Shown here in pieces: positions 1 to 8,936 of a stretch of DNA of 64,000 nt (the first letter of the stretch is position 1; the number at the start of each line of letters is the position of its first letter). Below the pieces are notes generated by a model, which had not been told where the DNA came from, ran no database searches, and saw nothing but the letters and a program-made list of their open reading frames with translations. Location of the stretch: positions 1-64,000 of the forward strand of contig CAWHXD010000007.1 in NCBI GenBank assembly GCA_963833225.1. The letters run 5' to 3'. The stretch comes from an uncultured Chloroflexia bacterium (GTDB taxonomy: Bacteria; Chloroflexota; Limnocylindria; Limnocylindrales; CSP1-4). Position numbers and translations under genes: made by a program.

Positions 1-569
1 CCGCGCCACGTCGTCGGCGTTCGTCGTGTCGCCGCACAGGATCCGGTGGTCCCCCAGACGCCAAAGCTCGCCCGCCTTGACGTACGGTTCCTCGGGAGGT
101 TCGGGCACCTCGTCGGGGTCGGTCAGTCCGGCCTTGGGCTGGCTGCCGCCGAGGTCGCCGAGCAGGCGAGGAGCCCGGCGTCGTCGACCGTGACGTCAGC
201 CAGGAGCGCCTTGAGCTTCTCGTCGTCGCGCCGGCCATCGCGCCGATCGGGTCGAGGGTCGCGAGGACCAGCGCCTCCTCGTCGGCGCGAGGTCGACGTA
301 CAGGACGGGGACGGTCGGCTCGCCGGGGACAGCGCGAGGGCGATCCGGCGTGGCCGTCGACGACGAAGCCCGTGCGCCGGTTGACGAGCATCTGCTGGAC
401 CCAGCCAACCGCGTCGAGCGCGCCGGCGAGGGCGTCGGCTGCGCCTTCGGGTGATCCGCCAGTTCGCGGGGTTGGCCAGGAGCTGGTCAGGCGCATCCTC
501 GCCGGGCCCGGTGATCCGGTTGCGCCAGCCCGTCGTCGGGGCGACCGCCGCGGGGGCCTTCGCGGTCAC
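1..569 (-). pseudogene. Phage-type ParB-like/DNA methylase, N-terminal part (frameshifted, runs off the window)
   Basis: Joining frames gives WRNRITG..APDQLLANPANWRI, VNRRTGFVVDGH, EPTVPVLYVDL and PDEVPEPPEEPYVKAGELWRLGDHRILCGD, typical of phage ParB-MTase fusions. Confidence 0.75.
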
Positions 570-669
570 CGGTCGGCCTCCGATCGACGGCCTCGCCTTG
601 TCGGGAGGTCAATGCCTGTTGACACGTGCCCGCGCGACAGCGAGCATCTCGCTATTCGGAGGTTTGACC

Positions 670-894
670 TTGGATCCGTTTGTCATGCTCTTGGGCGTGC
701 TCGTCGGCGTGGCGATCATCCTCGGGGTGGTCTTCACACTTTTCTTCGTGATCACGAGAGGCGCGCGACTGGCGTTCGGCCCACGCCGCCGACTCGAAGC
801 CGACCTCGGTCTCGATGCGTTGAAGGCACGGCTCGCGCGAGGCGAGATCACGACGCAGGAGTTTGAGCAGGCCAAGCGCGCACTCGGGGTCTGA
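670..894 (+). CDS. SHOCT domain membrane protein
   Basis: GGAGG RBS then TTG; one TM helix; C-terminal LKARLARGEITTQEFEQAK. Confidence 0.8.
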   Translation: MDPFVMLLGVLVGVAIILGVVFTLFFVITRGARLAFGPRRRLEADLGLDALKARLARGEITTQEFEQAKRALGV

Positions 895-1197
895 TTCGCG
901 CACGTTCCTTTCGCGCCGCTTGGCACAACAGGCCGACCGCGTCCATCTCGCCGATAACCCGCTCGCCTCGTCACACATCCCTCCGTCGGCGTAGCGGGCG
1001 CGAGCCCGCGCTCCTCCCTCGCCGCGGTGGTGCTGGTGGCCACTCGCCGGCTCACCGCGGCACGTGGCCCAACGTGGGCGCCCACGGGCCAACCTGAACG
1101 GGCCTCCGATCGACGCCCAGTGACATTTCTGGCGAAACCCGGCCGCGTGCACACAGTCGCCGGGCGCAGTCAGCGTTCAGCCGTGGCCCCATATGGG

Positions 1198-1536
1198 CTA
1201 CCCCACCCCCGTCCGGTCGACTGACGAACCCTTCGTCGAGTTGCACGAACGGCAGAGCACCGCGGTGTTGCCGATGTCGAACGGCGCACCGCCAGCCGCG
1301 AGCGGGACGACGTGGTCGACGGTCAGGTCGGCGGCGGGGTGGGCGTCGCGCTGGTAGCCAGGGCACCAGTTGCCGTGCTCGCCACGCCAGGCGCGGAGCA
1401 CGCGGGCGCTGAGTCGCTGCCAAGCCCGCGTGCTGTACAGGGCGTTGTGCCGGCTGCGGTTGGACTGCCGCGCGTGCTCGGTGCAGCGGCTACCTGCGCG
1501 GCTGGTGACGACACCGCAGACCGTGCAGAGCTTCAT
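1198..1536 (-). CDS. Phage HNH endonuclease (gp74-like)
   Basis: N-terminal CxxC; TVDHVVPLAAGG...N...LCRSCNSTK. Confidence 0.85.
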   Translation of the reverse strand: MKLCTVCGVVTSRAGSRCTEHARQSNRSRHNALYSTRAWQRLSARVLRAWRGEHGNWCPGYQRDAHPAADLTVDHVVPLAAGGAPFDIGNTAVLCRSCNSTKGSSVDRTGVG

Positions 1537-1719
1537 CAGCAGGAAGCGTGCTCGATGCGGGCCCAGCCGACCATTCGCCTGCGGTGCTACGCCTTCGGGA
1601 CCAAGGCGAGACGGCTCATCACGCTCACGGGAAGGCGGTCGGCAGACTAGAGTCGGGGCACATGAGAGCCGCGCCGCCACCATTCAGCGAGACCGACCTC
1701 GCCGCCGCATTTCCCGGAA

Positions 1720-2538
1720 ATGCAGATCGTGCTGCCGGAGCTTGGCTATGGGTCGTTCAAGGCGGCGTATCGCGTTGTGACACCGGCTGGTGACGCTGTC
1801 CTCAAGGTGGTCAAAGAGCCAGCCTCGTTGCCGCAGAACCCTGGCGACGACGCTCTGCCGCCGCGGCTGGACCGCGAGATCGCGGCGATGCAGCGCGTCA
1901 ACAGCAGGCGAGTCGTCAAGGTGCTCGGTGGGCCCGACATCAGGGAGATCGGCGGGGCTCCGTATGTCTGGTATCTCGAGCCCTTCTACAGTGGGGGGAC
2001 CCTCGAGGCGCTTGCTGGCCAGCGACTCTCGGAACTAGACGGGCTGCTACTCGCCGATGCCCTGCTGGAAGGAATCGACGACCTCTGGCGACAGGCAAGG
2101 CTGGTCCACCGCGACATCAAACCCGGGAACGTGGTCTTCGGACCCGATGGTCCCGTACTCCTTGACCTCGGGATCGCACTCCACGTGGATCTGACGCCGT
2201 TGACGAATGCCTTCGCGTTCTCGCCACGCACAAACAGGTATGCGGCACCTGAGCAGTTTGAGGTTCGACTGTCAGCTCCAATCGACTCTCGAACCGACCA
2301 ATTCCTGGTGGGGATTGTGGTCTTTGAGGCAGTCATTGGGTCTCACCCGTTTGACCCGGATGAGCCGAGCGGCTACCTGAACCGCCTGATGCAGGGCCAG
2401 CTCGACGACGCGGCCCTGCAGACGCTCGCGAGCGTGCCCATGCAGCAGGTCCTCCGCCGCCTCCTTCGCGCCAAGCCGCACGAGCGCTATCGCACGGCCG
2501 CCCAGGCCAGGCGAGCCGTCCAGGGGTGTCTTCCTTGA
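1720..2538 (+). CDS. Hanks-type Ser/Thr protein kinase
   Basis: LGYGSFK Gly loop, VLK, HRDIKPGN, DLG, APE. The true start may be ATG 1662 with a 1-nt frameshift near 1715. Confidence 0.9.
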   Translation: MQIVLPELGYGSFKAAYRVVTPAGDAVLKVVKEPASLPQNPGDDALPPRLDREIAAMQRVNSRRVVKVLGGPDIREIGGAPYVWYLEPFYSGGTLEALAGQRLSELDGLLLADALLEGIDDLWRQARLVHRDIKPGNVVFGPDGPVLLDLGIALHVDLTPLTNAFAFSPRTNRYAAPEQFEVRLSAPIDSRTDQFLVGIVVFEAVIGSHPFDPDEPSGYLNRLMQGQLDDAALQTLASVPMQQVLRRLLRAKPHERYRTAAQARRAVQGCLP

Positions 2539-3695
2539 GCTTCTACGCACAGCATGGCTACGGCAAGTCGGACAAGCTCGAGGTGCTTGCCGACCGGGGA
2601 GTCCTCGGCGGCGTGATCCTGAGCGCAGCCGACGAGTCGATCGACGCCCTCCGAGGAACGGCTCGGTCCATGGCGACCAGGAACATCGAGACGCTGCTGG
2701 ATCCCCAGACGTATGTCTACACGATCCCGAACGCCGTCGGTCGGTGCCATGGAGAACTCGGCCTGGACTTCGGAACCATCTACTGGGGATCGATCACACC
2801 CGCGGACATCGAGGCGCAAGTTGAGGCCGTGATTGCGGCCAATGTCGCCATCGCCACAACCGGACCCGTGATCGCGCCCGCACCGCGGCAGGGCACGTTC
2901 AACGATCTATGGCTGCCGGTGTCGCTCCAGTACGCGCGGACCACCAGCGCGCGAGCTGACGGGCGGGCCGTCCTGGCGTCGGTTGTGGTCGAGGAGGCGG
3001 CACTCGGCGACTGGACTGGGATCGAGCGCTGGCTTGACGTGGCCACGACGCTCGAAGTGGAGGGCTTCTACTTCGTGATCGGTAGGCGGACCCCGTACCC
3101 CGGCGCATGGGACCGCGTGACCCTCTGCAACCTCCTGCGGATCATCTACCGCCTCGGGATCCTCAATGAATACCGCATGGTGGTCGGATACGCGGACACG
3201 GGAGGCTTGGCAGCCATCGCCATGGGCGCTGATGCCGTGGCTTCGGGGTGGAACTACCGGCAGCGCCACTTCCTGTCCGAGCGATGGGTCCCGCGGGCGG
3301 GTGGTCAGGCCCCCGTGCCGCGGGTCACCTCAGGTCCGCTGATCTCCGCGCTGCTCGGCCTTGGCGAGATGGACGGGGCTGCCCGGTCTCCCGTAGGGCC
3401 CCAAGTCTTGCCTGATGACGTCCTGCGTGAGCGCATGGCGAGACGGCCAGAGTCGTGGACCAACCCACAGGCCGTGGTGCAGCACCTCACCGTGCTCGGG
3501 GAACTTGTGGCGAGCATGGAGGCAGCTGGGCCTGTCCCATCTCGCCTCGACTTCCTAGCCGCGGCAGCGAGCGAGGCCCGCCGACTGTTGGTCGAGCTCG
3601 CGCGGAATGGTGCACGTGTCGATCCAGTGCACACGACCGCGATCCTCAATCTCGCCGCGGCCGCGGCCGATGCCAGGGCCGCGGAGGGCCTCTAG
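2535..3695 (+). CDS. Uncharacterised protein coupled to the kinase
   Basis: TTGA overlap with the kinase stop; about 386 aa globular ORF starting FYAQHGYGKSDK..GGVILS. Confidence 0.75.
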   Translation: MSFYAQHGYGKSDKLEVLADRGVLGGVILSAADESIDALRGTARSMATRNIETLLDPQTYVYTIPNAVGRCHGELGLDFGTIYWGSITPADIEAQVEAVIAANVAIATTGPVIAPAPRQGTFNDLWLPVSLQYARTTSARADGRAVLASVVVEEAALGDWTGIERWLDVATTLEVEGFYFVIGRRTPYPGAWDRVTLCNLLRIIYRLGILNEYRMVVGYADTGGLAAIAMGADAVASGWNYRQRHFLSERWVPRAGGQAPVPRVTSGPLISALLGLGEMDGAARSPVGPQVLPDDVLRERMARRPESWTNPQAVVQHLTVLGELVASMEAAGPVPSRLDFLAAAASEARRLLVELARNGARVDPVHTTAILNLAAAAADARAAEGL

Positions 3696-4459
3696 GCCGC
3701 TTCTAGGGATCGAAGGACCAGCTCACCGAGCCAAGCGTCGAGGTGCATCGGGAGGTCTCTCCGCGGTGGCAGTTCCTGCCACTCCAGGCACCCGGCCTCG
3801 TCGGTCAGCAGTCCGATCTCGTTGAACCGCAGCATCTGCTCCGGAATGCGCTCTGCCAGCGCACCGGGCACAAGTAGGGCGGCGTGGTTCGCTGCCCACC
3901 GGACTCGCGCGAGCTGGCCAATCCCGAGACCCCAGTGCTCAACCTTGGCTTCGATGAGGACGGAGTCGCGCACGACGCGAGAGAGGGGCTCAGGATCGAG
4001 CCATCCCCGGGCCTCCAGCCCGTGGATGACGCGGGTCGTGTGCCTCGGGGACACACCCGACATCTCCGGGTCGCCTTCGATGGCGGCGCCGAGAGCCCGC
4101 GCCTCCGTGAGGTTCTTGAGTCGGAGTCGGGCATGCCGCCGCAGCGCGAGCGCAGCGAGGTCGACCCGCAGTACGACAACATCCGGGCGCCCGACGCCGA
4201 GCTCGACCTCGTGCAGAACGACGATCGTGGACGAATCGGGGTCGCCAGGAAGGACGCGGTCAGTCTGGCCCTGAATGAGCGCCGTCAGGGCAGCCTCCTC
4301 GATCGGCACGCCCACTCGGACGGGCGAAGCGCCCCTCGCGGCGTCGATACCGGATAGCACCACTTGCCTCCCTGAACGTGCTCCGTCCGTGTCGGATCCG
4401 AACCATATGCTACGAGCCGAGCCCGGATCCGGCCGATTCGCAACTTCGCGATCGCCCAT
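3692..4459 (-). CDS. Putative PD-(D/E)xK nuclease-like protein
   Basis: HEVELGVGRPDVV ... LIEAKVEHW..GIGQL; stop overlaps the previous gene's stop (CTAG). Confidence 0.6.
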   Translation of the reverse strand: MGDREVANRPDPGSARSIWFGSDTDGARSGRQVVLSGIDAARGASPVRVGVPIEEAALTALIQGQTDRVLPGDPDSSTIVVLHEVELGVGRPDVVVLRVDLAALALRRHARLRLKNLTEARALGAAIEGDPEMSGVSPRHTTRVIHGLEARGWLDPEPLSRVVRDSVLIEAKVEHWGLGIGQLARVRWAANHAALLVPGALAERIPEQMLRFNEIGLLTDEAGCLEWQELPPRRDLPMHLDAWLGELVLRSLEAA

Positions 4460-4590
4460 GGAGGCCCGGCCGGACCTCGGCTAGATCGGCACCGGAGCCC
4501 GGGCGGATGCCTGCACGCAGCATCTACCAACAGTGCCGCGGGCTCACTCGGCCTGCGGGTGTAGAAGCCCGGTGCCGCTCGTCTCCAGTG

Positions 4591-4839
4591 TCAGCTGGGC
4601 TCCAAGCTTGGAATGAGGAGCCGACCGGATGCACGCCCAGCGTATATCAGCTGCTCGGTGGTGAGGCCTGACCGCGCACGCAGGTCCGCGAGGTGACGCT
4701 TCACGGTGCTGGGCCGGATACCCACGAGCTCGGCCGCGTCCTGGACAGATCCGCCAGCCGCGACGTAGGCGGCGAGCACGTCCATCTGGCGAGCGGTCGG
4801 CGTCCGCGGGAGCGAGCCTCGCAGGTACCCGTCCCTCAT
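4591..4839 (-). CDS. Small LuxR/sigma-r4-like HTH protein, family 2
   Basis: AAELVGIRPSTVKRHLADLRARSG; paralogues at 30799 and 58750. Confidence 0.75.
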   Translation of the reverse strand: MRDGYLRGSLPRTPTARQMDVLAAYVAAGGSVQDAAELVGIRPSTVKRHLADLRARSGLTTEQLIYAGRASGRLLIPSLEPS

Positions 4840-4849
4840 GGTGAGTGGT

Positions 4850-5035
4850 TCACGCCGGACTCACCCGGCTGCGCGTGATCAGCCCGAGGATCACCGCGGT
4901 CACCGCGAGGATCGCGCCGACCTGGTCGGGGGCGAGGGAAAGGCCGAACGCCACGACCAGGGCGATCACCGCCTGCACGAGGGCGAGCACCATCGCGGGC
5001 TCGCGGCCAAGGAAAGTGCCGGGCTGGCTGTCCAT
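4850..5035 (-). CDS. Putative holin
   Basis: 61 aa, two TM helices (REPAMVLALVQAVIALVVAFG), directly downstream of the endolysin. Confidence 0.65.
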   Translation of the reverse strand: MDSQPGTFLGREPAMVLALVQAVIALVVAFGLSLAPDQVGAILAVTAVILGLITRSRVSPA

Positions 5036-5763
5036 CACTTCACGCGGACCACGTCGCCCGGGTGGATGAGCCCAGGCTTGGCGCGGTACTTCGCATTCTC
5101 CGGGAAGGCGAGGAGGGCCTTGAGCGTCAGCTTGTGCGCCAAGGCGATCTCGCTGAGGGTGTCGCCCGCCTTCACGGTGACCGTCACGATCGGCGGCCGC
5201 AGGATCGCGTTCGCCCGGGCGATGACGCGCTTGACCCGGGCTTCCCTTGTGGCCGGCGGCCACGGGTCGCTGCGGCGGCTCACGCTGTTGATGTCAGCGT
5301 GCACGACGACGGTGCTGCGGTTGATCGGGATGCCGAGCGCCCTCGACGCCGCGGCGACGAGCTGGGCTGTGCTCTCGAACTGGGCGTCGGTGTAGGGCTC
5401 AGGCCCTGCGCCCGAGCACTCGATCGACTCGTACACCCACTCGTTCATGTTCACCCCCGAGGCCACCGCGGCGGCGATCGTCGGGAGCTTCGTGTTGGGA
5501 TGGGCAACGTCGCCCTGACTCCAGGCGGCGTACTTGGCGGGGTCGATCGCCCGCACGATCGTGCCGGCGCGGGCGATGTACGCGGTGGCGGAGGGACCAT
5601 GGGATCCGGCCCGGTTGGCGTAGTTGCGCTCCTGCATCGCGGTGGCCTTGGCGTTGGCGGTCTGGTGGAGGCAGGCAAGGATCGTCGGCTTCCGGCGCCG
5701 CCGGGCACCCCGTGTCGGGTAGCCGTAGGCCTTGTTCGTCAGGAGGGCGGTGACCGTCGTCAT
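5035..5763 (-). CDS. Endolysin: amidase_2-like domain plus LysM
   Basis: CLHQTAN, SIECSG, VVHADIN..SDP; C-terminal TVKAGDTLSEIA...IHPGDVVRV. Confidence 0.85.
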   Translation of the reverse strand: MTTVTALLTNKAYGYPTRGARRRRKPTILACLHQTANAKATAMQERNYANRAGSHGPSATAYIARAGTIVRAIDPAKYAAWSQGDVAHPNTKLPTIAAAVASGVNMNEWVYESIECSGAGPEPYTDAQFESTAQLVAAASRALGIPINRSTVVVHADINSVSRRSDPWPPATREARVKRVIARANAILRPPIVTVTVKAGDTLSEIALAHKLTLKALLAFPENAKYRAKPGLIHPGDVVRVK

Positions 5764-5993
5764 CTCACGCCCCGCCAGAAGGCCGAAGCCTCGAGCCCCA
5801 GGAGCGCGAGGATCGCGCCCAGAAGTGGGAGGAGGGTCCCGGGCGAGACGTCGTAGCCTGGGACGACGACATCGAGGACGAGGAGCACGACCAGGACGAG
5901 CGTGAACGCAGCAGCGGCACCGATCCGGGCCGAGCTGTAGGCGTCGGCCCGGACGCGCTCCGGTGCAGCGTCGTCGCGATGCTCATCGCCCAT
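5760..5993 (-). CDS. Small membrane protein in the lysis cassette
   Basis: Two hydrophobic helices; stop overlaps the endolysin start. Confidence 0.6.
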   Translation of the reverse strand: MGDEHRDDAAPERVRADAYSSARIGAAAAFTLVLVVLLVLDVVVPGYDVSPGTLLPLLGAILALLGLEASAFWRGVR

Positions 5994-6108
5994 GCCGGCG
6001 CAGTCGGTCGATCCAGGCATCGACGAGGGACGGCAGGAGCCAGCGGTCGAGGGCGATGCCCATGGCGACGCCGGCGAGGAAGGCCAGGACGAGCTCGACC
6101 CCGCTCAT
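5983..6108 (-). CDS. Small membrane protein (41 aa)
   Basis: Manual translation MSGVELVLAFLAGVAMGIALDRWLLPSLVDAWIDRLRRHGR; overlaps the next gene. Confidence 0.5.
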   Translation of the reverse strand: MSGVELVLAFLAGVAMGIALDRWLLPSLVDAWIDRLRRHGR

Positions 6109-6295
6109 CGACCGGCAACAGGGTTGACGGCGCGGACGTACCCGGTGGGGGGAACCGGGAGTCGGTGTGGATCGGACCAGCGCGCCGTCATGCCCTCAAG
6201 GGTGGCGGCGGACGACTCCAGTTTCTAGTTGGCCGATTGGGCCATCCTCCCGGGTTCGGGACTCGGCGCGGTTCGGTCTCGAACGGTGGACTGTC

Positions 6296-7270
6296 TCACG
6301 GGGCGCTGAAAGCGAACTCCCACGGACCCTCGAGCCGAAGCTGCGTACCGTCGGGCCGCTGACCCACGAGCTCGGTGATCACGAGCGTCCATTCACCCGC
6401 CGGATCACCGGTCCCGGAGTAGGTGCCGGCCGTCTGGTCCAGGTCGCTCGGTCCGCGGTTGACCCCCCAGTCGATGGCGATGGTCTGGTCGCCGTGCTTG
6501 AAGGAGCCGATCGCAGACCAGCCGGAGGCCTCTCGGTCCGTCGGCTCGAGGTGGATCGCGGCACTGATCATCGTGGGGCTCAGCCGCACATCGTCCACCG
6601 TGATCGAAGCCTCACCGGTCGTCTGGGTCTGGGCGACGTGGACGACAGCCCCGGCGGGAGCCGGCAGCGCGAACTTGAACGTCCAGGCCATGTCCTGCTG
6701 CTCGCCCTCCCCGGCCATCCCGAGCCGCAGCGTGTATTCGCCATCGTTCGAGGTCGTGGGTCCGAAGGTGAGCATCTCCGCCAGGCCCTTCGTGTCGTTT
6801 GCGCCGAACCTCATGGCGCCGACCGAGCCGAGGACGACCCCAGCGGGATCGCGGAGCTCAGTCACGAATTCCCGATCGAGGCGCTGACTATCGCCAGCCC
6901 GCTCGACCGACACGCCCAGAACCACCTGGTTGATGTCCGCGTAGCCGCGGGCGAGCGTGACCGCGTAGCCGTCGTGCACCTGACGCTGGTTGATCTCGAC
7001 GCCCTGGTCCCACGCAACGGCCGTCCCCGGGGTGGCGGTCGCGACGAGGTCGAGCAGGCGCATCGCGCCGGCCGCGGCGCCCGCGAGCACGAGCAGTGCC
7101 GCCGCCAGGACGAGGGCAACACGCAGCGTGCGCCAGCGCCTGGGCGCTCGTGCCGCCTCCTGGTGCGCCAGGAGCGCGGCGATCCGACGGTCGGTGGACG
7201 CGAACCCGTCGGCCGGCGCCAATGCCCACGCCGAGGCGAGGCGATGTTCGAGGGTCTCGTTGCCGTTCAT
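6296..7270 (-). CDS. DUF4179-like membrane-anchored protein (putative anti-sigma factor)
   Basis: One TM helix then a beta-rich domain; ATGA overlap with the ECF sigma gene. Confidence 0.65.
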   Translation of the reverse strand: MNGNETLEHRLASAWALAPADGFASTDRRIAALLAHQEAARAPRRWRTLRVALVLAAALLVLAGAAAGAMRLLDLVATATPGTAVAWDQGVEINQRQVHDGYAVTLARGYADINQVVLGVSVERAGDSQRLDREFVTELRDPAGVVLGSVGAMRFGANDTKGLAEMLTFGPTTSNDGEYTLRLGMAGEGEQQDMAWTFKFALPAPAGAVVHVAQTQTTGEASITVDDVRLSPTMISAAIHLEPTDREASGWSAIGSFKHGDQTIAIDWGVNRGPSDLDQTAGTYSGTGDPAGEWTLVITELVGQRPDGTQLRLEGPWEFAFSAP

Positions 7271-7857
7271 TCGAGCACCTCCCGCAGCGCGTCGAGAGCG
7301 CGCTGGATCTGCTTTTGGATGGCCGCCTCGGACTTGCCAAGGACGAGCCCGATCTCCCGGGCGCTGAGGCCGCCCACGTAGCGAAGCCAGATTGCGTCGC
7401 GCTGCACGTCCGGAAGGCCCGACACGGCGTCGACGATTTCCTGGCGTTCGCGCTCCGCGTGGTCGGCGGCGACGGCCAGCCCCACGTCATCGCCATCAGT
7501 CAGGGGGCCGTCGGGCCGGCGCCCGCTTCGGCGGTGGGCGTCAACGGCGGCGTTCCGGGCGATGCGGAACAGCCACGCGCCGAGGCCGCCGCCCCGCGCC
7601 CGAAAGGCGTCGCGCCCGGCGAAGGCGCGCTCGAACGTGATGGCCGTGAGGTCCAGCGCGTCGGCGTCGGCTGCGCCTCGTGCACGGAGGTACCGGTAGA
7701 CGGGGAGGCGGTATCGCTCGTATGCGCGGGAGAACGCCTCGACGTCGCTGATCCCGGCGTCGTCGAGCGCCCGGCCCTCTCCGGCCTCATCGGCGGCTGT
7801 CGCGATCTCCACCTCGCCTCCCGGTGCTCGCTCCGAAGTGTCCACTACACGAGACAA
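7267..7857 (-). CDS. ECF sigma-70 factor
   Basis: VYRYL..DALDLTAITF, AWLFRIARNAAVD, LPDVQRDAIWLRYVGGLSAREIG. Confidence 0.9.
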   Translation of the reverse strand: MSRVVDTSERAPGGEVEIATAADEAGEGRALDDAGISDVEAFSRAYERYRLPVYRYLRARGAADADALDLTAITFERAFAGRDAFRARGGGLGAWLFRIARNAAVDAHRRSGRRPDGPLTDGDDVGLAVAADHAERERQEIVDAVSGLPDVQRDAIWLRYVGGLSAREIGLVLGKSEAAIQKQIQRALDALREVLE

Positions 7858-7924
7858 CGCCTTGGAGCGAGCGAACTGGACACGGCATCTTGAAGTTCGG
7901 GCCTACTCGGCGTCGAGCACTTCG

Positions 7925-8063
7925 CTACTCGTCCGTTCGCGCCACATCCTCCGGCTCCGGCAGCCGCGGGGCCAGGATCCACACCAGCTGCGCCGTCGTC
8001 TCAGCCCCCACCTTGGACCGCGCGTTCGCCAGGTGGTGCTTGACGGTCGAGTGGGACAGGCCG
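7925..8063 (-). pseudogene. Truncated copy of small HTH family 1
   Basis: GLSHSTVKHHLANARSKVGAETTAQLVWILAPRLPEPE; 5' half missing. Confidence 0.75.
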
Positions 8064-8127
8064 GGTAGCCGAATCTGGCCATACCGACGGGCCGTACATG
8101 AGTTCGGTACCCCTTCGCCGCGTCTGA

Positions 8128-8547
8128 TCAGGACGCATCGAATGCGTCAGGTCCGACCGGCTTGGTGAGCGACAGGAGGACGGCGCGGAGGATCCCGACA
8201 GCCGAGCAGCCCATAGCCGAGGACCGGTTCTCTACGGTTGCTCGGTAGCGATCGCCCGCCTGCTCGATGGTGATGACGGCGCGGTCGTCGCAATCTCCCC
8301 CCATCCAGGCCAGCACCACCGCATCGTCTCGGCCGCCAACAGCCTGCACGGTCGTCTCACCGGAGAACCCCGCCGGGATCGTGGCGGGTGTGGCCTCGCG
8401 GACGATCCCTGCGTTGTCCACGACGGTCACGGGAAGGGCGCGCACGTCCTGCCCCGCCGGAATCGTGAGCTGGATCCCCGCCGGCGGCGGGAGCATTGAG
8501 CAACCAGCGAGGAGCACAGCCACGAGCGCGACGCCGAGACTCCGCAT
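8128..8547 (-). CDS. Lipoprotein
   Basis: Signal peptide with LLAGC lipobox. Confidence 0.75.
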   Translation of the reverse strand: MRSLGVALVAVLLAGCSMLPPPAGIQLTIPAGQDVRALPVTVVDNAGIVREATPATIPAGFSGETTVQAVGGRDDAVVLAWMGGDCDDRAVITIEQAGDRYRATVENRSSAMGCSAVGILRAVLLSLTKPVGPDAFDAS

Positions 8548-8687
8548 GGTCCACCCCTTCTGGCCGGAACACGAACACGGGCCCGATCGTGGCTTGGGTG
8601 CGGCGGTGCGTCAAGGGTCTGGCGACGACCGGAGCGCCGCGAACGTGCGTCGCAATTGGGAACAGGCTCTCTACTTGGTCGGCAGCG

Positions 8688-8936
8688 CTATTCGCTTCCT
8701 TGCGCCACGCCTTCCGGCTCGGGGAGGCGGTGGGCCAGGATCCACACGAGCTGCGCCGTCGTCGCCGCGCCGACCTTGGACCGCGCGTTCGCCAGGTGGT
8801 GCTTGACGGTCGAGTGCGACAGGCCGAGGCGGTGGGCGGCGGCCTTCTCCGACCCGGCCTCGAGGACCGCGGCAACCACGACGACCTCACGCTCTGTCGC
8901 GCGCTCGGCGGGGCGGCGGGACGACCGTCGCGTCAT
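8688..8936 (-). CDS. Small LuxR-like HTH protein, family 1
   Basis: ATEREVVVVAAVLEAGSEKAAAHRLGLSHSTVKHHLANARSK; ATGA overlap with the LSR-tail reading frame. Confidence 0.8.
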   Translation of the reverse strand: MTRRSSRRPAERATEREVVVVAAVLEAGSEKAAAHRLGLSHSTVKHHLANARSKVGAATTAQLVWILAHRLPEPEGVAQGSE

